Of a stretch of 64,000 bases of DNA, positions 1 through 11,100 are shown one piece after another. The first letter of the stretch is position 1, and the number at the start of each line of letters is the position of its first letter. Origin of the DNA: Raillietiella orientalis (lineage: Eukaryota); contig JAYWIR010000007.1 of the NCBI GenBank assembly GCA_036172245.1, forward strand, positions 2,232,001-2,296,000, written 5' to 3'. The position numbers were made by a program, and so were the translations under genes. The notes beneath the pieces are model-generated. The model was given only the letters and a program-made list of their open reading frames with translations. It was not told where the DNA came from and did not search any database.

Positions 1-1400
1 TCTGCATCCGCTCGGCGTCCATGGCGACGAACATCCGTGACAGTCCTCGACTCAGTCCACAGCGTCCACGGGAACGAAACACGTTCCCGCGAAATCGACC
101 ACAAAGCCTCCCAGCGAACCCGGGAACAGAGGTTAGCACCCCTGCAGGAATGGGAGCGACGGTGCGCGCATCGGAGAAACCAACAGAGGCGATTTCAGGG
201 ACGAAGGGACTCGCAAAAGATGACGCTGCTGCCAAACGGCGAGGACTTCGCCGAAATCAACCGCCTCGAGAAGCTGCGCCACGCAGCCCGCAATGGCAGA
301 GACGCCTGTCGTCTTGGGATCGCCCCAGGCTCCTCCCTCCTGAGCGCGTTTCTGTCCGTTTCCGGCGGTTTCCCACTCGAGGACGCCAGCACGTTGTCCA
401 TCGCGCCCCCCGTGAGAGGGAAGGAGCCATTCTTCGCTCCCTTCGCTACTCCTGGAAATGCCGGTGCTCCCGGAGGATTTCCGTTCGGTCCTGATGCGGT
501 CGCTTTGCAGATCAGATGCTCCGAGCACCTTCCCGTTCAGACCTCCAAGTGAGCGTCCAGCCAACGTCTGCACAGTGTGGATGGCACTTCCCTGTACACT
601 GCCAGGTGCAGACAGCGCCAGGAGGGTCCACACTTCCTCGGGAACGCAACCCAAAGTCCTCGGGGAGCCCAAACTCTTGCCTGACCTCCAAGAAAAAGTC
701 CCCAAGATTGGATTCTCTTTCCCCCTTCCACCTCGCAGTTTGAGAACCTCGCGCGAAGACCGGGCCTCGTGCCGAATCCAAGATCCAGGAATGCCGAGGC
801 TTCAGTAAGGAGCCCGGAGACTCGGAGGCCACCCTTCCAAACACGGAGGCGGAAATGCGATTTCTCTCACGGCTTTCGCTTCCCGCTTCTCCGCCCTGGT
901 TGCTGGGGTAACCGCCAGCCGAGCGCCACCACACGGTGGACGGGATCCTCTGGGATCGAAGTGTGGCCGAAGCGCTCCGCCTTCCCGTGAAACTTCAGCC
1001 CACGCTGAGAGGCGGAAAAGGCGTGGAGGTATCTCTGGGGATAGGAACCGCAAGTCGCCATCAGGCGCCGCACGGGAACTTCGAAAAGCCCGAAGCTCCC
1101 CATCCCGGCCGAACAGCAGCTCCGATCTGGATCGCCGCCAGCCTTCGCAGCCAACAAAACTTTCCCGTCTCGGTGGGTCCTGTGGGCAGCAACGTTCCGT
1201 ATTCTTCTTGAAGACAATTCTCAGCTGTTCTCTTTTGGGGGGCCGAATTCTCATCCAGAATTATTCTTCACCCATCCCAGGCATCCTCATCGTCGTAAAT
1301 TATTGGAAGTGTGCTTTGTCTTCCTCCTCTTTATCTTCTGACATCTCGAAAGCTCGGCAACTGCGCTTTTCTCTGACTTTTCGGTAGGGTCCCTGGGGCC
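1..1400 (-). mobile_element. Heavily decayed GC-rich non-LTR retrotransposon remnant, possibly L1/Tx1-like RT region; runs off the window edge
   Basis: GC-rich block with fragmented frames. Minus-strand peptides occur in the expected order and loosely resemble the RT N-terminal motifs KSPGPDG / GDP..NWRPISL / DF.KAF: 'KSSGSTGI', 'GDPKTT', 'AAWRSFS', 'VVDFAG'. Motif matches are weak. Confidence 0.3.
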
Positions 1401-1447
1401 GGTGCTTATCAAAATCCAGAAAGATTATAAAAAACAAGTGCTTTTAT

Positions 1448-1536
<89 letters not shown>

Positions 1537-1667
1537 ATATACATATACATATAGTGCATGTTTTTATTATATGTGTATATATATATATATACATATACAT
1601 ATATGTATATATATACATATACACATATAATAAAAACATGCACTTGTTATATATATATATATATATA
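1448..1667. repeat. (TATATG)n / (TA)n microsatellite complex with embedded inverted repeat
   Basis: Directly visible TATATG hexamer run (~1448-1535), followed by TA/CATATA runs. It produces the spurious HI- and YT-repeat ORFs. Confidence 0.95.
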
Positions 1668-2699
1668 CAGATTTATTCTAACATATATATTTATTAATGT
1701 AATTATTGATGTATGCTGATACATTATAAATATATGTATTCAAGCTTATAAAAATATATGTGTGTATGTTTATTATATATATTTATGCATATACTAAATA
1801 TGTATGAAATGAATATTGAAATATCGAATTATAAACACGAATATTTTTGTCAAAGGATCAAAATCCTGAATATGCAATTCGTCATTTCCTGCTGGAAGTT
1901 TCATTTATTGATTGTTGGAAATGACAGAAAAATGAAATACCAGATACCCTTTTGTTTTTTCATTTGTTTGCTTTTTTATGTTTATTTTTTTACCACTATT
2001 GTTAATTGTTACCACTTCATTTTACTCTTCCTAATTCGACATTTATGTGTTCATTTAATATATATGCATCGCATATATAAATGTATATTTATTTTCTATC
2101 ATCTTTAATGTATCTATTAATGACATATTAATGCATATTGTTAATTATATCATGAATAAATGTTAATTAAGTATTAATAAATATGTATGTTAAAGTACAT
2201 TTGTATATTTCTATATATAAAAAACATATGTATTTGTTCTGGGGTGACGGAAATCCTTTTGGGTTCTTCTGTTTTCTCTACTTTTCTTCCAGAGTTTCTT
2301 TCTTTTTCTTTCTTTTCCAAACGAACCGGTCGCGAGGTTACCCGAAAATGACCTCCCAAGGAAGCAACGAAGCAGGGTTCAGTTCTTACGTTTTCCATCG
2401 GTTCCTTGCGTTACTTGCAACAGAGCCTCCAGCCCCAGGCCCCACTCTCAAATCCGCCTTGGGTCGGGTTCCACACTCCCGGGTGTGTTGCTTCCCGATA
2501 CATCTTCCCACCTCGCTGAGTGAATCCTTCCTCCTTGCCTCCACCAATCCAATTTTCGCCTTCGTGGAGGGATGGGGCGGAATCCCTGTTTCGGCTCGAG
2601 GACAAATCTCATTGCAGGCAACAGAAAAATCAGGGGCCACTCTAAACCCTCGAGGAAGCAACGAAGCAGGAGACCACGATACACCCGATGCTCCCAGCG

Positions 2700-3525
2700 T
2701 CATTTGCTTTATTGCATGAATTTACAATTCGACACTGCTTTACGAATGGGGAGGGGGGGAGGAGGGGCTCTTCACATTCTTCCGAGATGCCTCATCTGTC
2801 CATCTGGGGTGCTCGTTGCCCTTCATCCTGTTGCTTCCTCAGCGTTTTGTTTTCCGTCTAGCGATAGAGCTGACCTCTGGGATTTTCCAGCTGCATCAGA
2901 GTTTCGATCCCTTGTGTTGTTCCTCCCGTGATGTGGGCTGTGTAGGTGTCCCTGGAGTGCCGGGTGCCCGAGACCACCATCTGGTTCCTCATCCTCTCCG
3001 AGTGCTTTTTAAAAACTCCAAGGTCATGCAGCACTTCCTCGTTATCTGGAAGTTATCTGGGTTCCAGGCTCCCAGTGAATCAACGACGAGAGCATGCACC
3101 CTGGATTGTTTCCCTTCTCTGCTTAGCTGGAGGGCTACTTCCTGGTATTTTTCCATCTTGTTCCTCCTAGCTGTGCTAGGAGGAACAAGATGGAACGCCT
3201 CTTTCCCAGCCCTCAAACGGGCAGCAGATGTCCATCACTATTATTCGATTTCCTTTCTTCAGCACTAGGTCTGGTCACAAGGGGGAGTCCGCTCTCTGGT
3301 TGGTCGGTCCACTTTGCTTCATCCACCGCGGCCATCCTGAATCGCGTTCTGTCGCGCAGTGGGCAGATGAAAGTACCTCTTGCATATCGGTTTAGGATAC
3401 GAGGCAACGTTTCTTCTTCCGTCCTTCAGCGCCGGCATGCGCGTTCCTCTGGCTTCACCCTCGCCCCGGCCCTGATTGGAAGAAAGTTTGGCCGGGCTGC
3501 GTGGATGAATCCGCCATATTGGAAC
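2700..3525 (-). mobile_element. 5'-truncated, pseudogenised RLE-type non-LTR retrotransposon of the Utopia/NeSL group (zinc knuckle + restriction-like endonuclease + 3' UTR)
   Basis: Minus-strand translation across frameshifts gives FIHAARPNFLPIRAG..ERACRR*RTEEETLPRILN (degenerate CCHC knuckle), ARQNAIQD, *PDLVLKKGNRIIVMDICCPFEG (RLE PD..D motif), ARRNKMEKY..VHALVVDSLGAWNPDN, and MRNQMVVSGTRHSRDTYTAHITG, which matches the recalled Utopia C-terminus MVSDTIRWSRDIY.EHITG. Stop at ~2858; minus-strand AATAAA at 2708-2713. Confidence 0.85.
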
Positions 3526-6500
3526 CCTAAAAGAAAAGGAAAGAAAGGAAATCGCGATCTTCAAATTGGAACCCATAAAGAATCTGCCTTCCATCCGTAA
3601 TGGCGCTTAGTTGATCAATGATCACTGAACCTGGAAGTTGTTTTTGCCACGGGATCTTCGTTTGGCAAACCTGGATCGGCATTTGAAATAGAATGTACGA
3701 CTGCGGCATTTTCCTTCGTGGGGGAAGAAAGAAAAATTCTCGAATGCATTCTCGAATTGTTTGTTGCATTCCGATCCTTGGTTCCGAGCGGAGTTTGTTG
3801 ATGCACATGATCAGAATCCCCAGGCCCTGCTTCCACGCGCAAGAACTTCACGCGGATTCCGATGCAACAGCACAGAATTCCGTTCTGCGGAAAACCTCGA
3901 AAACGTGTTGAGCGATCGAGCGCGGCCACTGAACACCTCGTCTGGGCTTTGGAAACCGTTTTGCCCTGCGCACCTCGGATGTACACTCCCATCCCTGCTG
4001 CATAGCTCCGAAACTATTCTCGCTTCCAAACTTTGGATTTGAGAGAGCACGTTACCGTCAGCCTAGAGAATCCAGATGTCTTCGAAAGTTTGCATCCCGC
4101 TGTTCACAGAGCTATGTGCGGAGTTCCAAACTGCTGATGAATCTCAGCTGTCTGCAAAAGAATGGAAGCTTGTCGCCTCTCTGTGCGTTGCTAGGAGTGT
4201 TGCATTGCTTCCTCCAGGAAATCTTTTTGTGAGCTCGCACGGAGGAAATAAGGAGGCATTCACCTTTTCTCATCAGTCGATTTCTAAAATCCATTCACCT
4301 CAAACCGTGGTAGAGTACACTCGTGTTTTCTTTGCCTCTTTTGCGATGGTTACGTGTTTAGATACTTGAGCTCTTCCGCTGACCTAAGTAACAGCCAAGT
4401 AAAGTGCACTGCAGAAACACTTCTGTGAAAAATCTCCCGAATCAGTTGAAAAAGAAAAAGCTTTCCCTCTGCGGAAAACTTTCCACTCTGTTCAGTTTTT
4501 GGCATTTGACGGAGCAGCGAAATATTTTCCAAGGTCCAGGGTTGCTAGTACTCTTGCGTTACAGGGACTCCGGAACCATTTCTTTCCTTACCCAGCATCC
4601 TTCTTAAAGCGATCTGGGTGGATGATGTGCCTGAAAATCAATGCGCAATCTGGTACAGACTCATTCCAGGAAAACACACAATGAACCGAAATAATTTTGG
4701 GTCAGTTTTCGTCATCCTTCCTTTAGTGGGGAGTAATGCGCGATGGGAAGCAAGGCAAGGATGAGGTCACGCCTTTGCCTTGAGCGCTGTGCACTGACAC
4801 ATTCGCCTTTCGTGTTTCTCTTTATGTGCTTCGATGTTTTGGATGCTGCCCAGCCCGGGGTTCCGCTTTTAACGAATCAAACTGGCAAATCCCTCAAGTG
4901 TGCCTGGCACCTCACTCCTGCACTCGTTCGCCATACGAGATTACGTTCGCTCCCCCATGCTCCCACAGCATGCGAGCCTCGTCACTATCCCCAACTCGTT
5001 CTTTGCAAGACTCAGTCAGTGCCACTCTGCTGCACACACATCCACGAAACCGCCATCCACCTGATTTCCAGCGGAAACCCCAAATTACCGCCGGATCCCC
5101 TCTGATGTCCACAAGGCAGTGCCATTGGTATCCGCCTCACCTAAAAGAAGCAGATGACACTCCTTGCATCATTTTGCTCTGACATATGTACTCGAATCTT
5201 TCCGTTCAAGGAATGGATTTCCATCTTTGCAGCTTTGAAGCTTCAAAGCACTCTATCTGTCAAGTGAGTTGATTTGGCACGTCTATAAAACAACTTCTCC
5301 ATGTGTTTGTGTGATCTCAGACTGTGGTCTGAGATCCTGTCGCTTCACAAAGCTGTCGGATGCTGTGCTTTCGCTGCCTTAGCATCCATCGTAATTCACG
5401 ATCCTCATATTTCGTTCAAGAACTTTGCCGGTTCACGACCGCCTATTTGAGCAGAGGAACTTTGAAGAATACGATAAGTTCGTATACCTTTCTTAGCTGG
5501 TTGACGAGTACAAGAAGTACATTTCAGTGTCCGAGCCGTCTATCATATACCACCCGTGAATATTCCAGACCAAAATTTCCGTGTTACATTGGGAGCACCT
5601 CCAGAATGATAAAGCGGCATCGAGAGATTGTGGTTTCTCCAAGTGTTTGGTAATATGGGAATTTTTTACAATTTTGCTGTTGACAGGAACTAAGAGTTTG
5701 GACAAAAATCCCACCCTCTTCATGATATAGCAAACCTGTGAGATTAGAATATCAGTTTTCTTGGAATATCAGTTGAGATATTCCCACTACACGTAGGGAT
5801 CGTATGATCAGACAAAACTATTTTCTTTGCCTCTTTGGTTTCAGTTTTGGAATTTCACGTTCCCCTCTCTTTGCGGTGCAAAACGAATGGATTGATTTGG
5901 CCATAACTGAATGAGATGATTTTCTTTTTTCTTTTTTTTTGCCTGTCTTATTTCTGTCACGGAAACATTGGAGTGCCGTTATTGCGGAGCAGCAAAAAAC
6001 TTGTCTCGATTAAGAGTTGAGCTTTTCACAAAAGCTCCAGGCTCTGTAATGCTGTAAATGCACGGTATTCTCCTACAAAACCGGTGATTGTTCTGCATAA
6101 GTGCCTCAGTTGGGTGCAAATTACTCCTAAGGGAACAATTCCCCCTGAAGTAAAATGGACGTAGAAACAACGCAAGATTCATTACCACGTAAAATAAATT
6201 GCGCCTCTAGATGGTAGCCGCGGTTGAGTTCCTGCATTCTTCCCTGCTTCCTTTTTGCGAGTTACCCAAGACATTCGTTCGGACTCAGCTTCATCCAGAT
6301 TCCTCCAGACTTAGATTCATCAGAAAGCCAGTGTGGGAGCTGCCATTTCACATCAGGAAACCAAACGTTTTGAGCAGCATGGCAGTGATGATAACCTGGT
6401 AGCGTATGCATCCGTGTATGAGAAATCTAAAAAAATGTCGGTGATAGAGGTTTGGATTTCACTTGAGATCACGAATCATGTGATATCCAAAGTCTCATTT

Positions 6501-8198
6501 GGGAACATAACAGTGTGCATTGAAAGGAAACAAAGGCAAAAAGGAAAGCATTCATTAAAGTTTGCCTTTTATTCTGAGAGTTGTGTGCATGCTTCATATT
6601 TGACTGTCATCAGAAACAAAATATTACTAACTTAGTTTGCATAGCTCGAATTTCACGATTGACCGTAGGAGAAGAAATAAGAAACACAACTACAATTCAA
6701 GAACCCAAAGTTCGTCATGAAAGTGCATTCATAGAATCGTGCATGTAGCGAAGATATGCTGAAGATATGTATAAAATGAAATACTAAGAGCAATACTTAT
6801 AAAATCAAAAATGCTGATGAGACGAAGAGAAAAAGAAAGGGGAATCTAAAATCTGTAATCTGATGATTGCTTACATGCTTTCAATGAATGCTTATAAATG
6901 AGAAATTCTTCAAATATAGGTTTTTGAAGAATGAGTACTACTAAGCATATAGGTAACCATCTTTTCAAAAGAAAAAAAAAACTTGACAAGACATAAAGGA
7001 AGTTACCTTAGGCACTTGAAGAAAAAGAGGCATAGTAGCAATTAAGATGGAATTTATATTCATTGTATGCATAGACTGATGAAGTGTACCTCACTGAGCA
7101 TTTTTAATTCATCTACTAAGGTTACAGATGTGTGTACGTGTGTGTGTGCTTACATGCGCGTATCTCCATATCTCTTCGATGCGTATTGGTTCATGTACAT
7201 GTACTACAATAGAAACAGGAAAAACCATTATTCCAAAAGTTAATCAGTATCGGCAAATACAGTGCTGGTTGTGATCAACTTTGAAAACAGAGTTCCTGCT
7301 GATAGCTAAGCGTATTTAGTCCACTCACCTGAAATTCAACGTGAAGTTCAGTAGAATTACCCATGGAAAATTAACACCTAGGAGATACTTGAGAACTGTT
7401 ATGACATTTGAATACGATGGATGATGCAATAATTGACTTGCACGCAATAAACCTAATGCATTTAAATACAGATGCATGCATTTTGACTGACTGATGAATG
7501 CAGTTTTGAATAATTACCATTACTATACAGTTTATAATAATATTGTCCAATAAACAACTATTCCAAATGAAACCAACAACCAACAAGAAAAGCTGAAATA
7601 CTTAGGATAATGAATTTTAAAATTTTCCCATTGATTGAATTCTCGAAAAAATTATATTACTGGACCTTTTTCTTTTAAGGTTTATGAATTTGAATTTCAT
7701 AGTAGCAAAGGTGTGACCTGCATTTTGAAAGTATATCTTACACTAATACTCGTAAATGACTTTTTAAATATTCATTTATGACTAAAATGTCATTGATATT
7801 AAGGATGGAAAAGACTTAATTTTAATGATGAAAAGTAAATGTGCACTGAAAACTTTTTCAAATTTATGATTACTTTCATCACATGTAGACTAATGACTTA
7901 GTCTCAATTTCCGTTGTGTATCCGTTTTGATTTTCGTGCTTTGTCTTAGTTCTTCCTTTTATGCCAAGAACCTTTTAGAATTTATTTTGTGCTCATTTGT
8001 TTAGCTTATGTGTTCTGTGACTTTGGCTTGAAATTTCGAGTAGATTTTCGATGTATAAAATGAATGTAGATTTTCGATGTTCTCTATCTTATTTCGGGAA
8101 ATACTGAACTGTTTGCATGATCAGTTGGTATTCCTGATAACCAATGAAACGCACTCCGTAAACACCATTTCCTTGTGTAAGGAGTGGGGATGTGATTT

Positions 8199-11100
8199 AT
8201 GGCAAATTCTGTGGTAACAGATAAATTGGACATTAAAAATAACCCAAAATCTATTTATATAATCGTAAATAGTGATACAGGAAATGTCTCTATTGATCAA
8301 GAAACTTTGCAGTCTATTTTATGTAAGTAACAATGCTTTTATTTAATTAATTAGTAGCCAAAAGTTGTTCTCCATGTGCAATGTTACCAAATAGGAGAAC
8401 TTGTGTTGGAAAAATAATAATACAATACTATCTCGTAATAAATGTTAATAAACAATTGTAAAATTTTGTAGCTTCAAATGAGCATCCTTCGAAAATTAGC
8501 ATTGTCCGAATTGGAAGTAGCTGTGCCGGTGAAAGTATAGGATGCTTTCAGTGTTCAAATGACCATAATGGTTTTGTTCAAGAAGAAATATTGTGCTCCG
8601 AACCATCATCTGAGTGGAATGGAGACGGTAATTGTTTCTCTGTTTTTTATCGACTCATTCCAAAGTGGAATAAGAATTATGCATGTGAATAATTTTGAGT
8701 GCTTTATTTTTGTTATAAATATTTCAAAACTTCGAAACCTGAATACATTTGTACTATCGAATGCATTTTATGGGATTTTCGATCAGTGAAGAAATAGCAA
8801 GGAAAGTATGCACATACGTTAGTATATACCTGGATTTTTAACTGAAATTTCAGTTAAAAGTACATAGATTAAGCCAATCACACTTGATCATATTGGCGTA
8901 TGTGCCCACTTTCGAAGAATTTAGTATGTGGTATGATTTCTTTCCATATTTTTTTGTTTTATCGCATAACTATGTTTGCTGATCGGTATTTATATGGTCT
9001 GCGGTATAATTTAACAAGTTTGAAGATGCAAACCCATCACACTGTAAATATTAAAGCACACTTGCAAACCTGATTCAAAATAAGATATATTTTCTTTGTT
9101 TCATTGTAAAAAAATGAGGTAAATATCATTTGTGTCATTTGCATACTGTTTTCTTTTCTTGTATTTTGAAACTGATTTCATTTCCCCCTGAACTTATTTC
9201 TTTAATGATTTATTCTATTGGTGTGCTTATGAAGTGGCATAAGTTAAAGCAAAGTACTCACATGAAAAAAAATTTTTAAACTGATAACTAACTGAAGGTA
9301 ATCACAAATCAACTCAGGAATTATAATTTATGCATCTTCAGTTGCATATTTGAAACTTCAGTTTTTTTAAAGGAAAATACAATTAAGGAGACTTAAGGAA
9401 CTTATTTTCATTTCGTTTTGTAGTTGATTCCTTTGTTTTTATTTCAAAGTTCGAAATTTTTAGTTTTGCAATTTATTAGTTTATTTATGAGTTTAGGAGT
9501 TTTTCTTTATTATTTTTATTTGGTTTTGTCTTCTTTATGTATGATTCGTAATTAATAGAATTTAAATACTTTAGTAAGCTTTTATAACTTTGTCCATAAC
9601 CTCAATGTAGCAAGTAAGGGCATATCCAGAAAAAGAGTTGGTAAGCTCTGCGTTGTGTTGTAATGCAATTCATGAGCAAGAAAGTTTCCTGTTTACATAC
9701 TTTTTTTTTTGCTTGGTGTTGGTGATGTAGTGAGTCACTATAAGATCATCCTATAAGTACAATATCATGAACTCCAGAATACATATAAAAGGATATGTAA
9801 TTTGATGTGAAATCAAGCTTTGGAATTGATTTGAACATATATTAGTGATATTCTAAAGAGAGATGTACATTTTTGATTTTCTCAATTCAAAATACCATAA
9901 AACTGTACATACACAAAATTAAGAGTCAAAAATGAAAGAATTAGAATAAAATCCTCAAGTCTTGAACTTAGTATAACTAACTAGTTGTAAACTGGCATAA
10001 AGTAAGTATCGATTTGCTTATGACCAGAAGTTATAATTGCACTGAATACTCTTTATTCATTGTTAAGATTCCGTTTTTTTGAGTTGCAACAATCAATAGT
10101 CTAACTCCTCCCCACTTCTGACAATAATTATGGGAATTTTTGTTATTCAAATGTGCATAGTTTTTAGTTTCTTGTGGGAATAAAACCAGAATGAATGGTG
10201 GGAAGCAGTGCATTTGCTGACTATCCTTTGTAAGAAACAATAGTGATTTCTTTTGCAAGTTTAGTGTCATCATTGATTTTCGGTTATGCCATGTTATATT
10301 GATTTTAATGAAATTTGGCGATGGTTCAGTGTTGAAAATTTATTTGTTATTATGTTTAAATGATGTAGGAAGTGTAATTTTATTTATCCTTTACTTATTG
10401 TGATTTTCCAGGAGGCTATATACCAATGAGTCAGTGTAGTTCAGAAATCATGACCAAACTTAGCATGTAGAAATAAGGATATTAGGAATACAGAGCAAAT
10501 TTAATTAGATTTTGTATTAATGAAATATGGTCTTAGACTTTAATGTTTTTAGGTTCTATATTCTATTCGAATTAATAGGTGTGAGCAGTAATTAAGACTT
10601 TATCTTTTTGAGTTGTACAGACATTATATTTCAATATAATGTATTAGCAGCAAATAGCATGTTTTAAAATATTTGATCTGAAATCAATATGGATCAATAA
10701 AATATTTGCAGGAATTGAAGAAAATGATCCATTTCTCTCACTGTCTCCAGGACAACTGGAAAAACTTGATGCAGCTTTACAATCAGAACAAGCTAAAGAA
10801 ATTCTTGGTGAAACTTTTGTCGAGATTCTCCATAGTAAGTGTAAACTGGTATTACTGACTTAGTGTGCAAATACAGACTGGCATTGATAAATGTTGGCAT
10901 TCAGTAATGTGATCATACTAGACTATTTTTTTGTAGCTGTACCCTTGAAATCCTACTTTCAATCATTTTATTCCTTTTGGATGAAAATAATGTAAACTTG
11001 CTATGTAAAAATTATTGTAGCTTTTCTTGCTCTCGCTCTTCATCTGAATCATATTATCTAGAAAACACATTTTGTTACCACCTCTTATGTTTCTGAATTT

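Noticed and set aside
1409..1643. ORFs with HI- and YT-dipeptide repeats
   Set aside because: They are translations of the TATATG microsatellite.
3527..3552. Strong polypyrimidine + AG acceptor on the minus strand at the 5' edge of the Utopia remnant (possible exonisation)
   Set aside because: The downstream frames contain stops and frameshifts and no upstream exon is evident.
6813..6845. CTGATGAG..CGAA hammerhead-like core
   Set aside because: There is no stem II and no flanking stems I/III.
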